NCBI GenBank assembly: GCA_963740085.1
Contig: CAVUCU010000003.1
Span: 128,001-192,000, forward strand
DNA: 64,000 nt
Reading direction: 5' to 3'
Source: Nitrospirota bacterium
GTDB taxonomy: Bacteria; Nitrospirota; UBA9217
Positions 54,101 through 62,066 of the stretch are shown here, one piece after another (the first letter of the stretch is position 1; each line of letters opens with the position of its first letter). Under the pieces are notes generated by a model. The model saw only the letters and a program-made list of their open reading frames with translations, was not told the DNA's origin and ran no database searches. The translations under genes and the position numbers were made by a program.

Positions 54101-54303
54101 AACCGTTCGATATTGTTCAGCGCCATGTCAGGATCAGCGGCCTTGGACAGATCGGCAAGCAGCAGCGATGCGACCTCCGCAAAGTTCTCCGGGCCGAGCT
54201 TTGCGCCCAGGAGGTCGAGGTTTCCGAGCGCCTGCGCCGCGTCCTGTACGCCGAGATGCAATAATTGCTCTGGATTAGCCGTTATATGTTTGTCAAATGA
54301 CAT
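51172..54303 (-). CDS. glnE: Glutamine synthetase adenylyltransferase/adenylyl-removing enzyme
   Basis: Two NTase domains: MGKLGGRELNFSSDVDL..RVDMRLRP and GKLGGRELSYGSDLD..RVDTRLRP; KLGYGGIREIEF. Confidence 0.96.
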   Translation of the reverse strand: MSFDKHITANPEQLLHLGVQDAAQALGNLDLLGAKLGPENFAEVASLLLADLSKAADPDMALNNIERFVSALTDIPSFISLCRRRHDILRALITIFGASRFLSTFLVTIADESLVFLSDPLVLSHPTDKRQLDERLAALVGDHPEDHEFFRLLRLNRKKEMLRIGLRDLLGRADLRETVEDLSHLAEVSLQRAYEWADAGLTKRYGRPIMENPDGTMAPAGFAVIAMGKLGGRELNFSSDVDLMYVYTADGETEGIVTSDGHRTNRITNHQYFIKLAEKLSAAINEKTEDGFVFRVDMRLRPEGQRGPLAQSLGGYEIYYESWGQTWERSALLKARPVAGDEAVGREFMDRIAPFVYRKYLDYSAIAEIRDMKQKINRDVEQKGRTHRDVKLGYGGIREIEFVIQALQLIYSGRDRTLREKNALKALHVLAQKGLITDQEHDVLSKAYIFLRTVEHRIQILDDLQTQTLPGDEPELRTLARRTGYFDPHGGEAEELLHNYADHTKKVRGIYDDLFAFTGEEGAVKSSARDYSALLDPETPEQEAVSLLGKLGFKDPGKAFRDLLLLREGTAFVHQTPRSRKLFNEIFPALFQEIISSPDPDMALNQLESFLAAQGSWEAFQALMKIGPSAGKVLIAIFANSEYLSRLLVSRPILLQNLIEFRKSSGTGTSASFAKELGEALERSPDLAANLDALRRFKHLEEIRIGMADLLSNMPLAAVSRDLSKLAEVCLDAALALAANETGKRYNMQGSTAGLAVIGVGKLGGRELSYGSDLDILFVFTELRAASPPAGLTVFEYFSKVAEKTISYLSTLTREGFVFRVDTRLRPTGSKGPLVQSVDAFKNYYSSQAETWELQALLRARCVAGDRALGAIFCRLIQALIYRDVDRATLAKDITSMRKRMENEVGRESEASYNIKQGAGGLVDIDFLVQYLQLLCGKQHQRVRIPGTYNALRALKREGLLDEDAYATLVRAYLFMRRLENRLRIVSNQATSELSRDPAKLLPLALRMEYPDEGVSAGQKLLDDYNLMSRQVRHLFDKLLSDV

Positions 54304-54454
54304 TTTTTATATTATACTGACAAGTATCAGGAGATACAAGCGCAACAATGATACAGAGCGCAGAGGGCATAGCGCAAAGGGCAAAGGGGCAAACGCTATG
54401 CGCTATGCCCCATGCGTTCTACACCTTGCTCTCTGCTTCATGTGCGTCTCTATA

Positions 54455-54877
54455 ATGACCCAACTCCGAGACAATCGCAAATGCTACGTCTGCGGCAGGG
54501 ATAACCCCGCCGGCCTTGGCGTTGATTTTCATATCGACAGAGAACGGCGCTCCATCAGCGCGAAATTCACCCCTTCGGATATTTACCAGGGGTACGAAGG
54601 GATCGTCCACGGCGGCATCCTTTCGACTTTGCTCGATGAGGCCATGGCCAAGCTCACCGTCAGCCTCGGAATCCCCGCCGTGACCGCCGAAATGAAGGTC
54701 ACCTTCAAGGCCCCGGCTGCTCCGGGAGAGGAGCTGTATGTTTCCGGCAAGCTCACGCAGGAGACCAGGCGTCTGATCCAGGCCGAGGCGAAGATCGAGC
54801 GGGGGCCGGTCCTGATCGCGGAGGCCACGGGAAAGTTACTGAGAATCAGTTCGGAGTTCAGCGAGATCAGTTCATAG
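54455..54877 (+). CDS. PaaI-family (hotdog) thioesterase
   Basis: CYVCGRDNPAGL, YQGYEGIVHGGILSTLLDE. Start moved to MTQLRD. Confidence 0.88.
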   Translation: MTQLRDNRKCYVCGRDNPAGLGVDFHIDRERRSISAKFTPSDIYQGYEGIVHGGILSTLLDEAMAKLTVSLGIPAVTAEMKVTFKAPAAPGEELYVSGKLTQETRRLIQAEAKIERGPVLIAEATGKLLRISSEFSEISS

Positions 54878-54985
54878 TTCAGAGTTCATGGAGCATAGTA
54901 ATAGAAATAAGCTTCATAACTCTTGACTCTGAATTTTGAACTCCTGCACTCTGAGCTCTACCTTTGAACTCTGAACTGTGAACTA
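54846..54985. repeat. 7-mer inverted-repeat element between thioesterase and rnr
   Basis: (AGAGTTC)-like units facing (TGAACTC)-like units. Confidence 0.7.
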
Positions 54986-54991
54986 TTTATT

Positions 54992-57136
54992 ATGGAATAC
55001 ACCCACAAACAACTCATAGCTCTGATCAAGACCAGGACAGGGAAGCCCGTGATGGTGCGCGAGCTGATGCGTCTCCTAAAGCTCCAAACCTTCGACAGGC
55101 ATGAACTTAAACAGGCGCTTAACGAGCTCGTCCTGAGCGGTGAGATCGTCAAGACGCGCGGCAATCGCTACGGCCTGCCCGAGAAGATGGACCTCGAGAC
55201 CGGCATCTTCCAGGCCCATCCGCAGGGATACGGATTCGTGATACCGGAGACAAAGGGCAGGACCGACATCTACATCTCCGCGAAGGGAAAACTGGACGCC
55301 ATGAACGGCGACAAGATCGTGGCACGCGTATCGCCGCCGGTCGGAAGAAAGAAGATCGCGGGCAAGCGCGAGGGCGTGATCATCCGCATCCTCGAGCGTG
55401 CGCACACGCGGGTCGTCGGCTCGTACGAACTCCCTGATGTGAAAGCCGGAGGATACGGGTTTGTAACGTCGCGCGACCCCAAGATCACCCAGGACCTCGT
55501 CATCGGCAGGGAGAACGCAGGCAATGCAAAGAGCGGCGACATCGTGTCCGCCGAGATCATCGCTTATCCCATGCGCGGCAGACCGCCGGAAGGCAGGATC
55601 GTCAAGGTCATCGGCAAGCCCGGCGATCCCGGCATCGACTCTGAACTGATCATCGAGCAGTACGAGCTCCCGGTCCATTTTACGCCCGCCACGCTGCGGG
55701 AAGCTGACGACATCCCGCAGCAGATCAGCGTTGCTATGCTCAAGGGCAGGAAAGACCTCCGGGACCTGGTGACGGTCACCATCGACGGAGAAACAGCCCG
55801 CGACTTCGACGACGCGATCTCAATCGAAAAGATCAGGGCGGGGTACCGGCTCTGGGTGCACATCGCGGACGTTTCCAGCTATGTCAAGGAAGGCACATCG
55901 CTCGATGAAGAGGCGTACCAGCGCGCCACGAGCGTGTATCTTCCGGACCGCGCCATTCCCATGCTTCCCGAGGCGCTCTCGAACGGCATCTGCAGCCTGA
56001 ACCCGAACGTGGACCGGCTCACCTTCACCTGCGAGATGGACATCTCGCCGGAAGGAGCGATCCTGCGGTACGACATCTACGAGAGCGTCATCAACAGCAA
56101 CGAGCGCATGACCTACACCGCGGTTCGCGAGATCCTCGTGGACCGGGACGCGGCCCAACGGAAACGCTATGCCGCGCTTCTCACGGAGTTCGGGCTCATG
56201 GAAGAGCTCATGGCGATCCTGCGCGCGAAACGTGCGAAACGCGGCAGCATCGACTTCGATCTTCCCGAGCCCCAGATCGTACTCGACCTCCAGGGCCGCA
56301 TGACCGACATTCTGCGGGCCGAGCGGAACATGGCTCATCAGATCATCGAGGAGTTCATGCTTGCGGCGAACGAGACCACGGCGCACCACATCGAAAAGAA
56401 AAAAGCGCCGTTCATCTATCGCATTCATGAGGAACCGGCCGAGGAAAAACTGACGGACCTCATCGATTTCCTCGCCACCCTCGGCATAACCCTCCCCGCG
56501 GTGAAGAAGCTGAAACCCCTGCACCTGCAGAAGGCGCTTGCCAAGGCCAAGGGCACGCCGGAAGAGACGCTGATCAACACCGTCCTGCTCCGCACCATGA
56601 AACAGGCAAAGTATTCGGCGGAGAACGTCGGACATTTCGGACTCGCCGCAGAGACCTATACGCACTTCACCTCACCCATCCGTCGCTACCCGGACCTGAT
56701 CGTGCACCGCATCCTGAAGGCGGACTTAAATGGCAGGTTGAAGAACGAAACTTATGCGGAACAGCTTGCCGAAAAACTTCCCGGCCAGGCGGATCATTGC
56801 TCCAAACGCGAACGGGTCGCGATGGAGGCGGAGCGTGACGTGATCACCATGCTCAAACTCGAATTCATGAAGGACAAGGTCGGCGAGGTGTACGACGGCA
56901 TCATCACCGGTGTACTGCAGTTCGGCTTTTTCGTTCAGTTAAATGAGTTCTTCGTGGAGGGACTGGTCCACGTCTCATCGCTCTCCGATGACTACTATCA
57001 CTATATTGAGAAGATGCACAGCCTGCGGGGGGAACGGAAGAAGCGCTCGTACCGCATCGGCGATACGGTGCGGGTGCGCGTGGACCGCGTCGATCCCGTC
57101 AGGAAGCGGATCGACTTTACGTTATCTGCGGATTAA
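54992..57136 (+). CDS. rnr: Ribonuclease R
   Basis: HPQGYGFV, TIDGETARDFDDA, HIADV, HFTSPIRRYPDL, C-terminal S1 domain. Confidence 0.96.
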   Translation: MEYTHKQLIALIKTRTGKPVMVRELMRLLKLQTFDRHELKQALNELVLSGEIVKTRGNRYGLPEKMDLETGIFQAHPQGYGFVIPETKGRTDIYISAKGKLDAMNGDKIVARVSPPVGRKKIAGKREGVIIRILERAHTRVVGSYELPDVKAGGYGFVTSRDPKITQDLVIGRENAGNAKSGDIVSAEIIAYPMRGRPPEGRIVKVIGKPGDPGIDSELIIEQYELPVHFTPATLREADDIPQQISVAMLKGRKDLRDLVTVTIDGETARDFDDAISIEKIRAGYRLWVHIADVSSYVKEGTSLDEEAYQRATSVYLPDRAIPMLPEALSNGICSLNPNVDRLTFTCEMDISPEGAILRYDIYESVINSNERMTYTAVREILVDRDAAQRKRYAALLTEFGLMEELMAILRAKRAKRGSIDFDLPEPQIVLDLQGRMTDILRAERNMAHQIIEEFMLAANETTAHHIEKKKAPFIYRIHEEPAEEKLTDLIDFLATLGITLPAVKKLKPLHLQKALAKAKGTPEETLINTVLLRTMKQAKYSAENVGHFGLAAETYTHFTSPIRRYPDLIVHRILKADLNGRLKNETYAEQLAEKLPGQADHCSKRERVAMEAERDVITMLKLEFMKDKVGEVYDGIITGVLQFGFFVQLNEFFVEGLVHVSSLSDDYYHYIEKMHSLRGERKKRSYRIGDTVRVRVDRVDPVRKRIDFTLSAD

Positions 57137-57188
57137 AACGTTTTTCAGGACAGCCGACAGGTTGGGCTGTTCCCAGGATTGTAATAAA

Positions 57189-57728
57189 TCAGAGGTACTT
57201 GTTGCGAATACGCGCCAACACCTGGCTTACCCGTGTTTGCAGACTACCGCTGACCTCCAGCACGTCCACATCAAAACCGTATGAATTCCCCAAGGCTATC
57301 TCCTCGAGAATCTCATCCACGCGTTGTCTGTACATAGCGTCCTGCGACACGGGTAGAACTATCCGGTCGGGCTCTTCGATAGATAAAAATACCACTAGAT
57401 CAAGCTTTCTAACTGCCACTCGAATGCGAGGTAACCAGGCGTCGAGATCAAACGCTTCAAAGTCGGCATGCGAAAGAAGGTAGCCCAGGATGTCAACCGG
57501 ACAGCGGTCAAAAATCACATTCGGCGCGCTTTCGTCAAGATTCTCGATGGAGCGCTCCAGTTGCAGCTCGAAATCTTCGAGTGAGGGCAACTCAGCAAAC
57601 TCGTATCCCTCGTCTTGCAATTGGTGGTAGGGCTCCTCGACGGTTGTATACTGGGGCAGCGCTTCTGACAACGCGTCGACGAGCGATGACTTTCCCGAAA
57701 AGTGAGTGCCTGAAATTGCTATCCGCAT
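57189..57728 (-). CDS. P-loop NTPase / NMP-kinase-like protein (AAA_28-like)
   Basis: MRIAISGTHFSGKSSL, VIFDRCPVD. Confidence 0.8.
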   Translation of the reverse strand: MRIAISGTHFSGKSSLVDALSEALPQYTTVEEPYHQLQDEGYEFAELPSLEDFELQLERSIENLDESAPNVIFDRCPVDILGYLLSHADFEAFDLDAWLPRIRVAVRKLDLVVFLSIEEPDRIVLPVSQDAMYRQRVDEILEEIALGNSYGFDVDVLEVSGSLQTRVSQVLARIRNKYL

Positions 57729-57888
57729 ATTAGCTTTGAGAAAAAAGTCCCCTCACAATTGCAAATATATTCCCCGTGCCGATTAATTCATCGCGTTGCT
57801 CTTCTTTAACGGCGGCCGCTCTCCCTGGATATCGCGGCCTTCATTTCATCATAAGTGCGAGACGTAAGTAGGTCCCCATCCTGCGGTA

Positions 57889-58443
57889 TCATGCCGTTTT
57901 GAAAATCAAGTTCTTTAAAGGGGGCGATACGATCTCTGGTTCAAGGGCAATGCCGAGGCACTGAATATCCGTAATACAGCCATCATGGCGGTCGCGTCTC
58001 ACGACGAAATCAGTGCACGGAAATTTTCTGGGTTGTTCGAACACCTTAAGAACTTTATGAGGCCCCAAGGAAGCCAGATACCGGCCGTTCATGTAAAGCA
58101 CTGACCCATCATGCAATTCTATGAAATAATGCGGTCCCTCTTCATTGGCCCCCTCGACCTCGAAATATCGAGTTGCTCGATACGCCGTGGAGACAAGAAG
58201 ACCCTCCTGCTCGGACTGCTCATCTCGTTCGGGAGCTCTTGAAAGGCTCCAAAAATCGGTTCCCGGGGCATTGACGAGTTTGTTGGTAAAGAAAAGCGAA
58301 AGGGAGAAACCAATCAGAATTGCAATGCCCATCAACCACTCCGGTGCGTTTGCCGGAAGGAGGGCCATGAACGCGCCGGTTATTGCAAAAAGACCGATTA
58401 AGAACGATAGGGCGGCAATAAGCAGTCTCATTGATCCTCTCAA
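57889..58443 (-). CDS. Hypothetical protein with two N-terminal TM helices
   Basis: 184-aa ORF, probably starting at MRLLIAA; lower GC than core genes. Confidence 0.65.
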   Translation of the reverse strand: MRGSMRLLIAALSFLIGLFAITGAFMALLPANAPEWLMGIAILIGFSLSLFFTNKLVNAPGTDFWSLSRAPERDEQSEQEGLLVSTAYRATRYFEVEGANEEGPHYFIELHDGSVLYMNGRYLASLGPHKVLKVFEQPRKFPCTDFVVRRDRHDGCITDIQCLGIALEPEIVSPPLKNLIFKTA

Positions 58444-58538
58444 ATAGTAATCACACTGTGTTCCAACAAGGAAAGCAGTGAGGCGGTTATCGCGCGACGG
58501 GACGACCCCACCCTTGTTTTACAAAAGACCGGGTGCTC

Positions 58539-58614
58539 GGGTTTCTTTTCGTTCCCGCTGGCAGTGATGTGATATACGGCGCCGAGATATTCTATGCAGA
58601 GAGGAACAGGCCAT
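58539..58614 (-). pseudogene. N-terminal remnant of a REP-associated tyrosine (Y1/RAYT, IS200-like) transposase
   Basis: ATG GCC, then a +1 shift, then PLCIEYLGAVYHITASGNEKKP, which resembles the RAYT start MARPLRIEYPGAVYHITARGN. The remainder is missing. Confidence 0.7.
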
Positions 58615-58681
58615 GCGGTGAGATTATCAGAAGATTTGTTGAAAGTCAAAAATATAGACCTAATTCCAAGATGTTTTCCGC

Positions 58682-59968
58682 TCAGTAATATCCCAGTCTT
58701 CTCGTCACGGCGACCAGGACGACCGAGATCCCGATCGACCCCGCCATGAGGGTAAGCGAGATCGCAAGGCTGTTCAGCAGTGACGGATCCAGAAGCAGCA
58801 TGACGCTCAGTCCGAGCATCATCGTGCCCGAGACGAGCTTCAGAGCCCGTCCCTGCTGTTCCGTGAGCTTCTTTCTTCCAAGGGTGATCGTGAAGACCAG
58901 GACGATGGCGAAGAGCGGGAGCACGCGGATCACGTTATAGAGGACGAGATACAGGTAGGAGGAAAGGGCCGGAACGCGATCGAGCGTCAGGACCCGGGTG
59001 AAGACCATGGGAAAGCCGGCCGTGCAGAGGAGCTCGTAGAAGTTCGCCAGGATGGCGAGCACTGTGGTCCCGGCAAGGATCGACAGGAGTGACGCGGACC
59101 GGACGAGCTGCCGCATGCGGTCGAAGAGCTTGGGCTTGGCGCTCTCGGGGATAGACAGGGAGATGCCTTTCTTGAAGGCAAAGAAGTCCTTGACGTTGAC
59201 GGCGCCGATGAAAAGCGAAACGAGGCCCGCGGCGGTTGTTACCGACGAGACGTTCGCCATGACGAGGAAGAGGTTCAGCCATGCGGCCATGACGAGCAGG
59301 GAAATGAACCCGGAGAAGAAGACGAAGACGGTGCCCACGAGAAGCATCCTGTTCCGCGACCGGGCATGGACCAGGAGCCCCAGGAGCGACAGCAGCACGA
59401 AGAAGGCGCAGGGGTTGAAGCTGTCCATCCCGGCGATCACGATGGTCAGGACCGGCAGCGAGAGATTGCGGGCGTCCAGCGTGCCGAGGAGCGGGAGCTC
59501 GAATGAGATGCCGCGCTCCCCGGACTGTGCCGGCAAGAGACTGACGGCCGCGCCTCCCCTGCTCCGCAGCAGCGCAACGGGATCCCTGCAGGACGCGGCC
59601 CCGCATTCGTCCACCTCCTTCACGATCTGCTCCTGAATGTGTCTTGAGAATCCCACGAATACCCGCTCGCCCACGAAGGTGACGGGAACTCCGGGCGTCT
59701 CTTTTCCCTGCTGGTCCATCAGGTCCTGCAGGAGCTCCAGGTTCCGGCGGTCCTTCAGCACTTCGTGCTCAGTGATCCGGAGACGCGGATCGCTCCGGCC
59801 GAGCCCGGCGAGGAACGCCCGTTCCTCTTCGCAGTGCGCGCAGCCCTCACCCCAGAAGAGATGGACGGGCACGGTGACGCCGTCCTTCCGGCTTTGAACA
59901 TCGGCATGGGCGGCGCCGGCCGTCAGGGAGAGGAGGAGGCAGAGGATCGCGGTTGTCAGCCTGGTCAT
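58682..59968 (-). CDS. Exported thioredoxin/glutaredoxin-like domain fused to a CcdA/DsbD-like membrane domain
   Basis: Signal peptide, FWGEGCAHC, GVPVTFVG, DSFNPCAFFVL, ELLCTAGFP. Confidence 0.85.
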   Translation of the reverse strand: MTRLTTAILCLLLSLTAGAAHADVQSRKDGVTVPVHLFWGEGCAHCEEERAFLAGLGRSDPRLRITEHEVLKDRRNLELLQDLMDQQGKETPGVPVTFVGERVFVGFSRHIQEQIVKEVDECGAASCRDPVALLRSRGGAAVSLLPAQSGERGISFELPLLGTLDARNLSLPVLTIVIAGMDSFNPCAFFVLLSLLGLLVHARSRNRMLLVGTVFVFFSGFISLLVMAAWLNLFLVMANVSSVTTAAGLVSLFIGAVNVKDFFAFKKGISLSIPESAKPKLFDRMRQLVRSASLLSILAGTTVLAILANFYELLCTAGFPMVFTRVLTLDRVPALSSYLYLVLYNVIRVLPLFAIVLVFTITLGRKKLTEQQGRALKLVSGTMMLGLSVMLLLDPSLLNSLAISLTLMAGSIGISVVLVAVTRRLGYY

Positions 59969-60294
59969 TGGTCACGGACCTCGATGTGACTTGCTGAAAG
60001 TGGGGCGACTATTGCTGATCGTCGGTTTGTGCTTTTCCGTTCTTTCCCGGGGCGTCTTGCCGATCTCGAAGAGCGTGCCCATGAACGCGATTTTCAGCAT
60101 GTCGAGAGGTTCTGTCTCGTTTCTTCGTCCGGGCGGGAAGGAACGAGCACGTGATGGCGCGTCTTTCAGCGATCCTCTCGGCGAGAGTGTTAGATGTCCC
60201 GAATTGCGCGTCACTTCTCGCACCTTGATATATTTTATGCGTCCTTTTTGAACGACGTGCTGGGCGAGATACATCTTAACAATCTAAATACAGT

Positions 60295-60669
60295 TCATGT
60301 AAGCAGCCACTTGGTAGTATCATCAATAGTTCGAAATGCATGATACGTAATGGGTATTTCGTCATATTCTGCATATGCCTCATACATTCGAGATAATCCA
60401 AAATCTATATCAAATTTACCCACCAGCGCAGTTTTGCCGCCCGAACGTTTTTCAGTATGACTTTTCATTTCAGCAGATATTCTGTGGAAATCGTCAGCTG
60501 TAATTTTGCCTACCGAGCCTTTAAGAGCATTCCATAAAACGTATTTCGTGGGGTTCTCATTATAGTACTTCGATGAATAATTCAATATTTCATTTGCTGA
60601 TAAGTCACCTTCAACAGTGAATATTGTTAGATCAGCTTCCGCTACGATTTTTACCGTGATAATTGCCAT
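60295..60669 (-). CDS. Cassette gene, STAS/SpoIIAA-like small protein
   Basis: Low-GC ORF; KTALVG...FGLSRMYE...FRTIDDTTKWL. Starts just after an attC site. Confidence 0.7.
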   Translation of the reverse strand: MAIITVKIVAEADLTIFTVEGDLSANEILNYSSKYYNENPTKYVLWNALKGSVGKITADDFHRISAEMKSHTEKRSGGKTALVGKFDIDFGLSRMYEAYAEYDEIPITYHAFRTIDDTTKWLLT

Positions 60670-60682
60670 TTTGTGATGTCTC

Positions 60683-60739
60683 ACCTAACGCGGCGCTGAC
60701 GCGCCGCAAGGCGCGTCGCCGTCGAGCGCCAGGTTGGTC
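60683..60739 (-). mobile_element. Integron attC site (57 bp)
   Basis: Minus strand GACCAAC-CTGGC-GCTCGAC...hairpin...GTCAGC-GCCGC-GTTAGGT: R''/L''/L'/R' layout, directly after a stop codon and before the next start. Confidence 0.8.
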
Positions 60740-60747
60740 GTCTTCTT

Positions 60748-61095
60748 TCATTCAGGCAATGAAGGCATAAACGTACGAAGCAATATTGAGCCTAGCACAA
60801 GCAGCGCAATCATGCAGTACGTAGTTATTACGGGCCTACGAATACTTCTATCGATTATAGTCACTTTTAGGTATGCGAGGACAACGGTTGCTCCAGCTAG
60901 ATACATGACTTCAGAAATGTTGGATAAACTTTGAGCTCCGTAACCTGAAGCAGTCAGAATGATCCATATAGCTATCGCTGGAATAGAAGCAAATATTAGC
61001 CATTTTGATTCGGCGCCGCGTCGCTTGGATATTGAATAAGCAGGATAAGAAAGCGCGCAAATGATAAGCAGCAAGACTATGAAGAAGATAGTCAT
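60748..61095 (-). CDS. Cassette gene, small hydrophobic membrane protein
   Basis: 115 aa, about 4 TM helices, low GC; stop lies 8 nt before attC. Confidence 0.75.
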   Translation of the reverse strand: MTIFFIVLLLIICALSYPAYSISKRRGAESKWLIFASIPAIAIWIILTASGYGAQSLSNISEVMYLAGATVVLAYLKVTIIDRSIRRPVITTYCMIALLVLGSILLRTFMPSLPE

Positions 61096-61103
61096 ATTAG
61101 GGC

Positions 61104-61652
61104 CTACTTCGGTAAGACGCCTATTTGCGAATTGAGGTAAATTACGGCTCTAATCAACCAGTATGCTATTGTGCCAATACCAATCAGCGCAATTACATTC
61201 GCAGCAACGACAAAGGGTCTTGGCCAGACACGCTGAGGTGCGATATGAATCCACTTCCCTTGACCATCTTTCCATCGTACATTTTGTAATTGCGGCACGG
61301 TTTTGTAGCTAAGTAACTGAACCACAAACCACTCCTTCGGTCCAAGCGATGGGACATGAATAATATGTTCCCCAGTGGGGGACGAAGATTCTGTATATCC
61401 GATGGATGGCTGAATTTCGAAAAAGTCGGGGCGCGTTTTGTGAATTATTTCGATTCCCTCAGCTGGCTTTCGGCCCCAGTTTTGGACCGTCAATGAGTTT
61501 GTCTGAATCACGACATTTTCGTTCTTAAGATTAAATAAGAAATTATGTGGTGACCAGCATAGTAATTTAGATTTCGGTTCCAGAAACCGACTAAGATAAC
61601 CAACTATGAGACTGACAATAATAGTGGCAACGTAACTACCGAGAGTATCCAT
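61104..61652 (-). CDS. Cassette gene, hypothetical protein with N- and C-terminal TM helices
   Basis: 182 aa, low GC, SD GAGGAG, preceded by GTTAGTCG. Confidence 0.75.
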   Translation of the reverse strand: MDTLGSYVATIIVSLIVGYLSRFLEPKSKLLCWSPHNFLFNLKNENVVIQTNSLTVQNWGRKPAEGIEIIHKTRPDFFEIQPSIGYTESSSPTGEHIIHVPSLGPKEWFVVQLLSYKTVPQLQNVRWKDGQGKWIHIAPQRVWPRPFVVAANVIALIGIGTIAYWLIRAVIYLNSQIGVLPK

Positions 61653-62066
61653 TATTCAGCTCCTCTTGATTTATTCGACTAACAAGTTCTTATAGGGACG
61701 GGATACCGTAGCATAAAAAATGCGAACTGGTCAAGATAATTTGAAAAACCTTGATGTAACGGGCGGAATTCATTGCAATTCAGTTGCTGACTAATATGCA
61801 ATAAATGGAAATTTAAAATTAGTCGGACCAATATGCAAATTGCATATTCAACGGATGCTGATTCTCTTTAACCTGTGAACTCTGCGTAATCTGCGGATAA
61901 TACGACCGGAGAAGTTGACACATGTGGACGCAGAGTTAAATGAAATTTTTTAGTCTTGTTTTAACCTGGAACATATTTCTTAAGCTTTTCTCTGCGAACC
62001 CTGCGACTCTGCGAGAAAAGAAATGTCCTGTTGAAATTAATGAATAGCTATGATATGGTATTGTCC

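Noticed and set aside
53918-54454. Long N-terminal extension of the thioesterase
   Set aside because: Antisense to glnE and runs through a 7-mer repeat element.
59972-60274. 100-aa minus-strand ORF
   Set aside because: Crosses the low-GC/high-GC boundary and the truncated attC, has no SD or motif, and is likely spurious.
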